The position numbers and the translations under genes were made by a program. Below are positions 1-9,387 of a stretch of DNA of 55,105 nt, in pieces. The first letter of the stretch is position 1; each line of letters begins with the position of its first letter. Origin of the DNA: Tubiluchus corallicola (taxonomy: Eukaryota; Animalia; Priapulida); contig JAQGDQ010000040.1 in the NCBI GenBank assembly GCA_030141605.1, positions 920,300-975,404 of the forward strand, in the 5' to 3' direction. The notes beneath the pieces are model-generated. The model saw only the letters and a program-made list of their open reading frames with translations. It did not search any database and was not told where the DNA came from.

Positions 1-71
1 TATATTTGTCATATCAGCACTTGATTCAAATGTTTTATAGTCTATAGATTCCTTTTCTTTATTATAAACAT

Positions 72-2654
72 TTACTTCTCCAATTGTTCTATTCTTTTAA
101 AAAGCTCCTCTGTTTTTGCCGATAGTTCTTGTATAGCTTTTATCATTGGGGCGATGAGTTGGTCGTAGGCAAAGCTCATTTCTTGATGGGTGATGTCGGG
201 GTTGTTCACCTCTGTATCTTTTACCCCCGAAAATTCCATCGGGTCTACGAGCTCTAACATTTCTTGGGCTATTATCCCCCTGTGCCAGCGTTTGCCTGCT
301 TTGCTTCCCTTGGCGTGTTCCTTATCATCGTACACACGTTCGCCTTTTTCATCTGTTTTGAATACTTCTCTTTCCTCTGTCTCTTCTACTCCTTCTCTTT
401 CTTCTCCTTTTACTTTTTCTTTTACCCAGTATCTATCTCTATTGTTGCCTCTCCATTTGCGGGTTTTTATCTGCTTTACAAAGTCCAGTCCCAGCTCATT
501 ATCGGCTATGTCTATCTTATCCCGCTCGTCGGAAGTTACCGCGTTACCACTGCCTAGTCTTACAGTAGTAGTAGAGGTTCCAAGCACCATAGTGTTAGTT
601 TCTGATACGTTTGCATTGTATCCCAGTGCGGTGGATTGGGATCCACTGGCTATTGCAAAGGTTCCCAGTGCGAAGGAATTGCTTTCACTGGATATTGAAT
701 TTTGTCCCAGTGCGGTGGAACTGCTTCCACTGGCTGTTGCTAAGCGTCCCAGTGCGATGGAATTGCTTTCACTGGCTTGCGCACTTCGTCCCAATGCGGT
801 GGAACTGCTTCCACTGGCTGTTGCGAAGTATCCCAGTGCGGTGGAAAATTCACCTTCGGCTTTTGCTCTGTCTCCCAGTGCGGTGGAACTATTTCCACCA
901 ATTATTTGTGCATTGGTGTTGTATCCTAGTGCGATGGAATTAATTCCGTCAGCTGTTGCACCGTTTCCCAGTGCGATGGAATAGGCTCCACTGGCTACTG
1001 AATTGTATCCCAGTGCGGTGGAACTGTCGACACTGGCTTGTGCTAAGCGTCCCAGTGCGGTGGAATTATTGCCATTGGCTTCTGCATTGTATCCCAGTGC
1101 GGTGGAATCTAAACCGTTGGCTTGTGCTAAGCGTCCCAGTGCGGTGGAATTATCGTTACGGGCTATTGCATCTTTTCCCAGTGCGGTGGAACTGTCGCCA
1201 CTGGCTTGTGTATCGCGTCCCAGTGCGGTGGAATTATCGCTACTGGCAGTTGCTCCATTCCCTAGTGCGATAGAATTGGAACCACTGGCAGTTGCAGATT
1301 GTCCCACTGCGGTGGATTTGAGTCCACTGGCGTCTGTGAGGTATCCCAGTGCGGTGGAAAAGTTCATACTGGCTATTGCTCTTCGTCCCAGTGCGGTGGA
1401 ACTGTCGTTACTGGCAGCTGCAAGGCTTCCCACTGCGGTAGAATTGATACCACTGGCGTCTGCACCATTTCCTATTTGCACCTGTTCGGTAGAACTACCC
1501 CTTGTGGCATCCCTCACTGCCTTACTGGTGGCTAAGGTGTTGCTGTCGTCAAGTGTGGGGCTGTCGCTCTTGGGTAGGTTATGCCCTGTTTCTTTGTTTA
1601 CGGCTATCAAACTCCCCGCCCCGTCTGTTTCCACGGTGCTATTGGGGTCAAGGGGTGGAAGCTCGCTTTCTACTGTTATTTTCGCGACAGTACATTTAAA
1701 GTATGCTTGTGTTACATTGTCTCCGCTGGCTTCTACGTAAAAGGATATGTTTTTATTAGGTGCAGTTACTCCATATTCAAAGGATCGCGACACATTGGCG
1801 TTTCCATCGTCTCCACCACCCGAACCCGTTATAAATATTGGTCTATCATCTATCAAGGCACTTGCTTCATCCCTTACCCGTAGAAACAAGTCTCTGTTTG
1901 CTCCGTCTTCATTTACAAAGGATACCTCGTAGCTAATCGTATAATTACCCGCTTCTTTCAGTATAAACTCATCATTGGTTGGGTCTGTTTCTAAAACATC
2001 TGTGTTTTCGCTTGGATTATCGGGGGTATCTATTAGGTTTATCAGCGTTTCTACTTGTGGCACTTCAAACTGTGCGGCTTGCTCCATCCCAGCCTTTACC
2101 TCCTGTGCACTTTCAAGGGCTGTAATACGGCTCGAAAGCGTCTGGTCTTGTTCGTTCAATGTGTTAGTAGCCTTGCTTGTTGCCAGTATGTTGCTGTCAT
2201 CTTCCGCAGGGTCGTCTGTTTTAGCCGTTAATCCCACCAGCTCCCCATTGCTGTTGATGGCTGGCAGCTGTATGCGTGGGTCTTTTGTGGAGCTTATCTC
2301 CAAATTGCCGCCCAGTGTGCCGTCGGTAGCTGCTGTGTAGTCGGTGCGTGTTGGTTTGGTAGATCCGTCTAAGTAGAGCCTATCGTCTGCGGGTGTTTCT
2401 TTGAGCATCAAGGTTATAGGCAGTGTTATGTTAGTAGCCCCTTCGTAGATAGCTATCTTACCCCCTACATAGCATATACCGGGTGCTACATCGTAGTTGC
2501 CACCATTAGGCGTTACTTCCACGCCTCCCAGTATGCAGTCGTCAAGATTGTTGAGCAAGCCTTGTTCCAATGCTTTGTATAGTTCATCTTGTAGTTTTAT
2601 CCAGTCGTCGCCAAACCACCTACGTACACCTGTTTCTAAACTTTGTCTTTTCAT
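72..2654 (-). CDS. Tail fibre with ~20 YadA-head-like 14-aa repeats and a C-terminal intramolecular chaperone (peptidase S74-like)
   Basis: 860-aa ORF, last gene of the baseplate operon. Repeats of xxSTALGxxAxAxG, then an SDERDKIDI cleavage motif, RGIIAQE and a terminal coiled coil (LIAPMIKAIQELSAK). Confidence 0.85.
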   Translation of the reverse strand: MKRQSLETGVRRWFGDDWIKLQDELYKALEQGLLNNLDDCILGGVEVTPNGGNYDVAPGICYVGGKIAIYEGATNITLPITLMLKETPADDRLYLDGSTKPTRTDYTAATDGTLGGNLEISSTKDPRIQLPAINSNGELVGLTAKTDDPAEDDSNILATSKATNTLNEQDQTLSSRITALESAQEVKAGMEQAAQFEVPQVETLINLIDTPDNPSENTDVLETDPTNDEFILKEAGNYTISYEVSFVNEDGANRDLFLRVRDEASALIDDRPIFITGSGGGDDGNANVSRSFEYGVTAPNKNISFYVEASGDNVTQAYFKCTVAKITVESELPPLDPNSTVETDGAGSLIAVNKETGHNLPKSDSPTLDDSNTLATSKAVRDATRGSSTEQVQIGNGADASGINSTAVGSLAAASNDSSTALGRRAIASMNFSTALGYLTDASGLKSTAVGQSATASGSNSIALGNGATASSDNSTALGRDTQASGDSSTALGKDAIARNDNSTALGRLAQANGLDSTALGYNAEANGNNSTALGRLAQASVDSSTALGYNSVASGAYSIALGNGATADGINSIALGYNTNAQIIGGNSSTALGDRAKAEGEFSTALGYFATASGSSSTALGRSAQASESNSIALGRLATASGSSSTALGQNSISSESNSFALGTFAIASGSQSTALGYNANVSETNTMVLGTSTTTVRLGSGNAVTSDERDKIDIADNELGLDFVKQIKTRKWRGNNRDRYWVKEKVKGEEREGVEETEEREVFKTDEKGERVYDDKEHAKGSKAGKRWHRGIIAQEMLELVDPMEFSGVKDTEVNNPDITHQEMSFAYDQLIAPMIKAIQELSAKTEELFKRIEQLEK
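580..1480. repeat. 42-bp coding tandem repeats (YadA-head-like) inside the fibre gene
   Basis: Core cccagtgcggtggaa recurs with a 42-bp period; 20 S[TIF]A[LV]G units counted in the protein. Confidence 0.9.
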
Positions 2655-2686
2655 TTTGTTTGAATTTATTTATTATTTATTATTTA

Positions 2687-3262
2687 TTAATAATTAATTT
2701 CTACTATATAGTAGTTTTTCCCTGCTGGTCTATACCTTTCAATCCACGCCCGTATTTCTTCTTCTCGATCCGTTACAGCGGGGTCGTTGGGCAGAGCTAT
2801 GATAAACCTCTCGTTCACTTTGTCGCCTGCATTGGCTCCTATGTATATACCTGCTGTGCCGTTGCTGTCTTCATTTTCAAAACCTGCAAATACGGGTGTA
2901 GGCTCGTTGGCGCTTTCGCTCTCAAAGCCTGTGTATATCTTACTTTCTTGTCGTGCTATGTTGAGTATTCTTATGCGTCGTTGGGCAAAGTCAAAAAGGT
3001 CGTTCAAACTGTTTTGTAAACTAAACTGACTGCCGTTTACATTGGCACGGTAGCGTAGGTACTGCCTGCCCAGTGTAAAGTAGTATTCTTGGTTGGTTTG
3101 GATGTCGCCCGTAGGTTCAAAGTCTATAGCATAGGAATCTGCCCAGTAGGTGGTAAGCCCTTCGTTCAATCCTTCGGCCAAGTTGCCCAGTCGTTCACGG
3201 TTGAAGAGTAAGCCCAAGTATTCCCGTACATATTGCGGTATTTTGTAATTAAAAAATATCAT
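2687..3262 (-). CDS. Baseplate wedge / tail formation protein (gpI/Mu gp48-like)
   Basis: Lies between the baseplate J-like gene and the fibre. Motifs NGSQFSLQNSLNDLFD..RRIRI and C-terminal IERYRPAGKNY resemble Bacteroidota myophage wedge proteins. Confidence 0.65.
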   Translation of the reverse strand: MIFFNYKIPQYVREYLGLLFNRERLGNLAEGLNEGLTTYWADSYAIDFEPTGDIQTNQEYYFTLGRQYLRYRANVNGSQFSLQNSLNDLFDFAQRRIRILNIARQESKIYTGFESESANEPTPVFAGFENEDSNGTAGIYIGANAGDKVNERFIIALPNDPAVTDREEEIRAWIERYRPAGKNYYIVEINY

Positions 3263-4116
3263 TCTTCTACTGTTTTATAAGCCCAGCTATCTATTAATGC
3301 CTGTGTACCCCCCGCGTAAGCAAAGTAGCCGGCAGCTGTCTTGTAGCTCGATTGTTTTATGATAATTTCATCTCCTATGGTTTCTACGATTATCAATATT
3401 TCGGGGATAAAGTCGGTAAATGAAAGAAAGCCCACTACGGCATCGTTTATCCCCTCTACTTCTCGCATAGCATCTATAAAGCTGTTTAGTAGGAAAGTAC
3501 CGCTAAAACTTTCTAAGGAGGTGTTGTCCTGCAAAAAGTCATCTAGTGCCGTTTTCAAGGCTGTTTTTATATTATCCAGTCCAAACTCGCCACGGTAGGT
3601 TATTGTAACTGTAGCATCTAGTAGGTCGGCTTGCTCGCTTCGCAGCAACCAGTCAGAACCTACAGGCAGCGTGTTGTCTAAATAAGCCTCGGCATTGGTT
3701 TTTTCTTGGTCTGTCAGTTTTACTATTTCGCCGTTTTCTATTTTAGCTGCTTTTACTAAGAAAAAGCCCGATTCTTGTTCTTCTACTGCAACACGTTTTA
3801 TTATTTTCTTGCTCTCGTCTATTGTCGCATAGCCAAATATACCTGTTTCACTGTCCCATTCCAGCACATCGCCATTTTGAAACTTTAATAGCGACTGTAT
3901 GGTTTGCAGCTTTGTACCGTATTGGTTGTTAAATAGTAGTGTTTCAATAGTTTGTAGCTCTACTTCTGTCAGTTGCTCAAAGCTATTGGTAGCCGATGCA
4001 AATGCATCAGCCAGTAGTTGGTAGATAGCCGTTGCCGATGTGCTGGTTAGTTCGGGTATCAACACTTGCAGCCTATCTATTATTACTTGTTTTATTTCTT
4101 CTTTTGTACGTGCCAT
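3259..4116 (-). CDS. Baseplate J-like wedge protein
   Basis: 285 aa; N-terminal MARTKEEIK..LTSTSATAIY and C-terminal IDAMREVEGINDA resemble this family; synteny agrees. Confidence 0.7.
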   Translation of the reverse strand: MARTKEEIKQVIIDRLQVLIPELTSTSATAIYQLLADAFASATNSFEQLTEVELQTIETLLFNNQYGTKLQTIQSLLKFQNGDVLEWDSETGIFGYATIDESKKIIKRVAVEEQESGFFLVKAAKIENGEIVKLTDQEKTNAEAYLDNTLPVGSDWLLRSEQADLLDATVTITYRGEFGLDNIKTALKTALDDFLQDNTSLESFSGTFLLNSFIDAMREVEGINDAVVGFLSFTDFIPEILIIVETIGDEIIIKQSSYKTAAGYFAYAGGTQALIDSWAYKTVEE

Positions 4117-4126
4117 AATTTATTTT

Positions 4127-4360
4127 TTAAAAAGGTTTGGTGGCCAAGGTATTAGGCTCATTATTTAGTACTTTCAAGTTTATTTTACTCAATTCATCCT
4201 TGGACGGTTCAAATTGCAGTTTTTGTCCTTCGTTTAAATCGGCTGGCAACTGCGTTAAATTGTTATTTAAATGATGTTTAAATATTTGCAATTCATTACC
4301 ATAGGCTAATATGGTAGCATCTATCATACTTTGCCTTTTACTCACTATTTGTGTTTCCAT
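4127..4360 (-). CDS. Small LysM/tail-X-like baseplate protein
   Basis: 77 aa with QSMIDATILAYG...NNL..PADLNEGQKL, a LysM-like pattern; synteny. Confidence 0.6.
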   Translation of the reverse strand: METQIVSKRQSMIDATILAYGNELQIFKHHLNNNLTQLPADLNEGQKLQFEPSKDELSKINLKVLNNEPNTLATKPF

Positions 4361-5354
4361 TCTGTTCGTCTTTTTTCTCTTTTTTAATTAATATTCCCAA
4401 CTTCACTTTACGCCGAAACCCCGACCGTCCTAATGTAGTAGTTACTTGTTCTGCACGATACGTTCCTTCTCTATCTGGGTATTTTTCATCCACCACCTCT
4501 ACTGCCGCTCCGTGTTGTACAAAAGGTAGTAAAAAGCCTGTTATTGTACCGGTATAGCCTTCGTATTTCAAGCTGTCCAGTTTTGCCTCTGCGGTGTTTT
4601 TTAGTGTTTCCTTATCTGTTATATTATAGAAAAATAAGCTACGTTGCTCGCCATCTTTGTCGCCTACTTCTTCCTCTATGCGTTCGTTGTTTTTTAATAC
4701 GGCTGTGGCTTTTACTTTGAGTTTAATGTCATCTTCCGTTTGATATTTCAAGTCGTCCGTTACCGTGTTGTTACGTAGGTTGTAAGCTGCTTCGCCCCGT
4801 TGCTCTTTGTAGGCATAGTTTATAAAGAGCTGTGTGCCTTGGGTTATATAGGCCGATAAGCCGTATTTGTCTATAAATTCCTGCACGGTTTGAGCAGCCG
4901 ATACTTTGGTTATTACAAATTTTTCAAACTCTATTTCTGGTACTTCACCTATCAAGTCTATACCCGTGCCGTCCAGTGCGAAGTTCAGTATTTGGCTTAG
5001 CGTTGTGTTTTTAAAGCTTTTGTTCAATGTGTTTCTTCGCAGTAAATAGGTAGCATCTTCGCACTCTACCACAAGCGGAGTAGATAGGTTTATTTTTTTT
5101 ATATATCCTTGGAATTCCAGATTTTCCTCACCATTATAGCCCGCATATACCTTTACTTCATCGCCCACTTTAAACTCTTTAGCAAACTCTACCACTGTAT
5201 TATTGCCTTTTTGTTGCAGCCGTGCTGTGGTGGGGAGCTTTATTGTGCAAGTGTCTGCCAGTTGGTCGTGGCTAGATACAACTACTACCTCGTGTACCCT
5301 GTTCAGTTCAAAGTTGCCTATCTCCAGCCGTATGTTACATATAAAAGTGGCCAT
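4338..5354 (-). CDS. Baseplate hub / late control protein D-like (Mu gp44-like)
   Basis: 338 aa; LADTCTIKLP, GDEVKVYAGY..LEFQGYI, YEGYTGTITGF, GTYRAEQVTTT motifs. Confidence 0.75.
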   Translation of the reverse strand: MATFICNIRLEIGNFELNRVHEVVVVSSHDQLADTCTIKLPTTARLQQKGNNTVVEFAKEFKVGDEVKVYAGYNGEENLEFQGYIKKINLSTPLVVECEDATYLLRRNTLNKSFKNTTLSQILNFALDGTGIDLIGEVPEIEFEKFVITKVSAAQTVQEFIDKYGLSAYITQGTQLFINYAYKEQRGEAAYNLRNNTVTDDLKYQTEDDIKLKVKATAVLKNNERIEEEVGDKDGEQRSLFFYNITDKETLKNTAEAKLDSLKYEGYTGTITGFLLPFVQHGAAVEVVDEKYPDREGTYRAEQVTTTLGRSGFRRKVKLGILIKKEKKDEQNGNTNSE

Positions 5355-5647
5355 TACTCGTAACTTGCATTTATCTCTACCTGACCTGTGGATGACACCG
5401 ACAGGTTTTTTATAGTCATACCGTCCCGTTCAAATTCTTTTCTTATAGCAAATTCAAGCCCCCCCTTATCGTTGTTAAGGTAGTCGTCTATACCCACCCC
5501 CACACGTGGAAAAGGGCGTATCTCCCCTTTGCGAGCAAGCAGTAAGAAGGCTTGATGCTGTGCCGTGCCATCCTTTACACTAAAATCCCCTTTGATTATC
5601 TCAAGGTCTGGGGTTTCTGTATTTATATCTACAAATAAGTCCTTCAT
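5354..5647 (-). CDS. Baseplate gp25/gpW-like sheath initiator
   Basis: 97 aa; DLEIIKGDF..QHQAFLL..KGEIRPFPRVGVG motif; synteny. Confidence 0.65.
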   Translation of the reverse strand: MKDLFVDINTETPDLEIIKGDFSVKDGTAQHQAFLLLARKGEIRPFPRVGVGIDDYLNNDKGGLEFAIRKEFERDGMTIKNLSVSSTGQVEINASYE

Positions 5648-5685
5648 AGTTATTAAATCTCTTATCTTATATTTTATTAAATCTC

Positions 5686-6264
5686 TTAATGCTTTACATT
5701 TGTGTTCTCTATTTTCGAAAAATCTTCTTTTATATTCTCTTCATCTCTTATAATTGCCGTCATAAGTGCTTGATAACCTATTCCTCCATCTTGAGGAGTA
5801 ACAATCTCTGGGGTTGTTATAGCATCTTCTAAAGTGTCTACTCTGGCGGAGAGAACACCAAGCTGTGTTACCAGTTCTGGTGTAATAGTAAGCCCTCCAT
5901 TACTGCCTTCGTTCATTTGTATAGTTCCTTCCGCTGCGTTTATGGTTATGCCTTTCTTTTCTTTGGCTATTTTTACGCTGTCTATTTCGCTGTACATAGT
6001 TACGTATAGTTCCTCGCGTTGTCCATCTACCGGGGCTACCAGTACCCAACTATCAATGGCAGGGGTAATTACTATTCCGTTTGTGTTGTTGTCCACTGCT
6101 GCCCGTAGTCTTACGCCAAACAGTTCTATGTCGCTATCATCTACCACGTCTATGGTATCATCATCGTTTATTGCTATTACTTTGCAAGGGTAGCCCATAC
6201 GTGGTACTTGCCTTTGCGAAAAAATCTTAAACTGTTCTTGTAATTCTCTTGTGTTAGTTGCCAT
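5686..6264 (-). CDS. Baseplate central spike (gpV/Mu gp45-like)
   Basis: 192 aa; OB-fold-like N-terminus (GVRLRA...ITPAIDSWVLV...MYSEIDSV) followed by beta-rich repeats. Confidence 0.65.
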   Translation of the reverse strand: MATNTRELQEQFKIFSQRQVPRMGYPCKVIAINDDDTIDVVDDSDIELFGVRLRAAVDNNTNGIVITPAIDSWVLVAPVDGQREELYVTMYSEIDSVKIAKEKKGITINAAEGTIQMNEGSNGGLTITPELVTQLGVLSARVDTLEDAITTPEIVTPQDGGIGYQALMTAIIRDEENIKEDFSKIENTNVKH

Positions 6265-6323
6265 TTTATTAAAGTTAAAAGTTAAAAACTAAAAGATGAA
6301 GATAGTTTTTATCTATTATCTTA

Positions 6324-7841
6324 TTAAATTTTATTCCTGCCTTTTGTAGCTCCCCCCATTACAGTAGTACCTATGATGCTTGATTTTATCTTGCGTTTCA
6401 ATATATATACAGCCCCTTCTACTGCGTCGGGGCCGTCGTCGTGGCTACGGCTTTTGGGTGATATGCTTTTAAATTGTTCTACCAGTCTTTGCATATGTGG
6501 GTTTTTCTTCTCTTTTTCGTTAAATATGAGTTTACCCGAGCTGTTGAGTGGTTCGAGGCTGCTTTCAATGCGAGCAAATTTATTAGGTTTTTTACGGGTA
6601 TCACCTGTTATATGTAGCGGTCTGTTTTGCTGTACCGATAGTTCGTAGACCTTGTCCTTGACCAAATCTTGCACAAAGTTTGTTTCCATATAAAAGTAGC
6701 AGGCTACACTTGGCGGTACTATATCTTCTATTTGGTACAGCCATTGCAGCATATTAGCCGTAGTGGTTTGTTCTAAGAAGGTTCTTATTACATAGTACTT
6801 GCCATCTTTATAGCCGACCAATACAGTGGCTTTGTAGTCGTTTGTTTTGCTTTCTTTAAAAGAGGGGTCGGTATAGCAGACAAGTGACTTAAAAGTTCTA
6901 AGTGGTGGGATATGCCCCCAATGAACATCTCTGAATACCAACCCTTCTTGTATTGGGTTGTTAAAATACTCTCTTTGTGCAGAAGCATAGCTTATTTTGG
7001 AGAGCATATAGTTAACGTGCGAAAGGCTATAACGCTCCTTCCACGTAGGCTGTCCTTTACTGTCCAGTATGTTTATTTTGTAATGCTTGTCGGCAAATTG
7101 CGTACTTTGTGCCACTACTCCGCTATCGCTTATGCGGTTGCCTGTTATTATAAATCGTTTTGCCCCTTTTACACTCATAGAGGGGAAGAGAGCATCGCTT
7201 ACCCATTTAAACTTTTTAATGCTACGGTCAGGATTGTAAAAGTCTTCGTCGTGGTCTATATCGTCTACCACTATATAGTTGGGTCGTGTCTCCTCGCTGC
7301 GTTTGCCTCGTGGGCTTTGTCCTGCACCAAAAGCATGAAAGGCGTTGCCTTTGTTGGTTGTAAAGTTGCCTGTTTCCCAACCCCTTATTCCTTTTTGTGG
7401 CCCATAGTCGTTGACGATACGCTGGTTGTCTTCTAGGTTTATCATCAGTGGAGTAAGCAAGTCCACAGCATTGTCATAACTATGGCTTGCCAGTATCATA
7501 TTGAGCTTTTCCTTTTTGCCAAACATAAGGTATATTGGCAGGAACAAGCTTGTAATTACGCTCTTGGCGTGTTCTCTCGCCACTTCTAAGGTGATGTATA
7601 GCTTTTTTTCTTCAAGTACTTTATTAATAAATCTTTTTTGGAAGAGTGCAAATTCTGCATCGCAGTAATTTGGAAAGTAAAATTTAAAGAATGTAAGAGG
7701 GTCTTTTTGTAGTTTTTTTATACGTGCCTCTTGTTCTTTTTTGCTTTCTACTGGTACAGGGGTGGCACGTAGTAGGTTACTGCGGTAGTCTACCCAGTCG
7801 TTTATAGCTTGCCGTTTTTGTGTAATTGTTTCTTTTATCAT
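6324..7841 (-). CDS. Terminase large subunit
   Basis: 505 aa; Walker A-like AREHAKS, RG..RPNYIVVDDID (Walker B), nuclease YTDPS and HDDGPDAVEGA. Confidence 0.92.
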   Translation of the reverse strand: MIKETITQKRQAINDWVDYRSNLLRATPVPVESKKEQEARIKKLQKDPLTFFKFYFPNYCDAEFALFQKRFINKVLEEKKLYITLEVAREHAKSVITSLFLPIYLMFGKKEKLNMILASHSYDNAVDLLTPLMINLEDNQRIVNDYGPQKGIRGWETGNFTTNKGNAFHAFGAGQSPRGKRSEETRPNYIVVDDIDHDEDFYNPDRSIKKFKWVSDALFPSMSVKGAKRFIITGNRISDSGVVAQSTQFADKHYKINILDSKGQPTWKERYSLSHVNYMLSKISYASAQREYFNNPIQEGLVFRDVHWGHIPPLRTFKSLVCYTDPSFKESKTNDYKATVLVGYKDGKYYVIRTFLEQTTTANMLQWLYQIEDIVPPSVACYFYMETNFVQDLVKDKVYELSVQQNRPLHITGDTRKKPNKFARIESSLEPLNSSGKLIFNEKEKKNPHMQRLVEQFKSISPKSRSHDDGPDAVEGAVYILKRKIKSSIIGTTVMGGATKGRNKI

Positions 7842-8281
7842 TTTACAAGCGAGTTTAGGTAACTATCGGCATAGCTGCTTATCTCTTTAGCACTTTCCAA
7901 TTCTGCTTTACGCACATAGTCGCAAAAGCCAATCATCACATTTACTGCAGTTGTTACGTTTATTTCCCTTTCTAAGCGTTCAATGGCCGTAGTCAGTTTG
8001 CTTATGCTATCTATATCGCCCGTTTCTGCTTTGCCTTTTTTATCTATTTTTGCCAATAGGTCGTTTAGTAGGTTTTGCATACGTGCTATGTTTTCGGCTT
8101 TAGAGGTTACCATACCAGCCTTGAGCTGTCCCCAGCCTTCACCGCCTTTGTCTTTTGGTTTTACGTATCTGCTTACGGTGCTTTCTGCTAAGCCTGTTTG
8201 TGCTGCTATTTCTTTTTGTGTAATCCCGTTAAGGTATAATGTTTTGGCGTAATCTTTCTTGACTTGTGCTACTCGTTTCAT
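7838..8281 (-). CDS. Terminase small subunit-like HTH protein (DUF1804/Mu gp27-like)
   Basis: N-terminal HTH (TQKEIAAQTGLAESTVSRYV), GW motif, DSISKLTTAIERL; overlaps the large-subunit start. Confidence 0.75.
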   Translation of the reverse strand: MKRVAQVKKDYAKTLYLNGITQKEIAAQTGLAESTVSRYVKPKDKGGEGWGQLKAGMVTSKAENIARMQNLLNDLLAKIDKKGKAETGDIDSISKLTTAIERLEREINVTTAVNVMIGFCDYVRKAELESAKEISSYADSYLNSLVK

Positions 8282-8297
8282 AGCTTGCTTTTTGTGT

Positions 8298-8386
8298 CAA
8301 AAATAGAATTAGCAGCTCGGTTTTAAAAATAGTATGTAGTTGAAGTACATACTATTTGCACAGGTTTTACCCATCCTCTATTTTTG
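8298..8386. promoter_or_regulatory. Divergent Bacteroidota promoters with a central 12-bp perfect inverted repeat (candidate late-regulator site)
   Basis: -7 element TATTTTTG on + (8379-8386) with TTTG 20 nt upstream (8355-8358). TATTTTTG on - (8298-8305). AAATAGTATGTA-N7-TACATACTATTT at 8327-8357. Confidence 0.7.
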
Positions 8387-8416
8387 CAGCACGAAAACAA
8401 GCAGCTATTTAAGTTT

Positions 8417-9364
8417 ATGAAAGCAGCCATACTTAATACCGAGGCAGTAAACCGACACGGTTTTAAAATACTTACAGGTGGTATTAACCTAGAAAATTTT
8501 AAGAAGAACCCCGTAATGTATTACAATCATCTTGATTATCTCTCGCCGGTAGGTAGGTGGGAGAACGTAAGGGTGGAAAACGGGCAATTAATAGCCGATC
8601 CTGTTTTCGATACTCAAGACGACACTGGCAGAGCTGTAAGTAGAAAGTGGGATGAGGGTTTTCTTAATGCTACTAGTGTAGGTATCGTACCGCTGTTAAA
8701 AAAGAATATAGAAGGTATAGAGACGTGGATAGATAGCGAGATTTTGGAAGTATCCATTGTAGATATTCCCTCGAATCCTGAAGCCGTTAAGCTAAAAAAG
8801 GAGAATGAAAGTATCGTAAGGTTAAATTATGTGAATAGTAATATGTTAAATAAGCCCCAAAAAGTAAAAAGAGTAATGGAAAGAGAGAGCTTGCAAGAAA
8901 TAGCTAAGGCATTGGGTTTAGATAGTCAGGTGGCGGAGACAGATATATTGGCAGCTATTGAAGAACTAAAAAACGACGCCGAAAATGCGGTACAGCTCTC
9001 TAAGAAACATATTGAAAAATTGGAACAGCTTAAGAGCGAAATAGCAGGGCAGGAAGCAGCCGAGAAGCAGGAGCTTGTGGACAAAGCAGTAGAACAAGGC
9101 TTTATAAAAGAGATAGATAAAGATACTTATCTGTCATTTGAGAAGTTAGCCCTTGAGAAAGTAATAGGCGACCTTAGATCTAAAGGTAAAGAAAGCAGCT
9201 TGGCTGATTATGTGAGTGAAAAAATAACCACAACTACAGAACTGACCTTTGAGCAACTTTCAAAAACCAACCCCAGAGAGCTAAGCAGGTTAAAACAAGA
9301 GGACCCGCAAGAATACCAAAGGCTTTTTAAAGAGGAGTATGGCACAAAACCACAAAATATATAA
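8417..9364 (+). CDS. Prohead maturation protease (HK97-type) fused to scaffold
   Basis: NRHGF..GINLENFKKNPVMYYNH, GFLNATSVG and EVSIVDIPSNPEA motifs; coiled-coil C-terminus. ATG 8417 is preferred over TTG 8384, which lies inside the -7 promoter element. Confidence 0.85.
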   Translation: MKAAILNTEAVNRHGFKILTGGINLENFKKNPVMYYNHLDYLSPVGRWENVRVENGQLIADPVFDTQDDTGRAVSRKWDEGFLNATSVGIVPLLKKNIEGIETWIDSEILEVSIVDIPSNPEAVKLKKENESIVRLNYVNSNMLNKPQKVKRVMERESLQEIAKALGLDSQVAETDILAAIEELKNDAENAVQLSKKHIEKLEQLKSEIAGQEAAEKQELVDKAVEQGFIKEIDKDTYLSFEKLALEKVIGDLRSKGKESSLADYVSEKITTTTELTFEQLSKTNPRELSRLKQEDPQEYQRLFKEEYGTKPQNI

Positions 9365-9387
9365 AATATTTAATAGCTAAAAAAGTT

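Noticed and set aside
190-2340. Long + strand ORFs (190-984, 1003-1740 and others)
   Set aside because: Antisense shadows of the repetitive Ala/Ser/Gly-rich fibre gene.
8384-8416. TTG start at 8384 for the protease
   Set aside because: It lies within the predicted -7 promoter element; ATG 8417 fits better.
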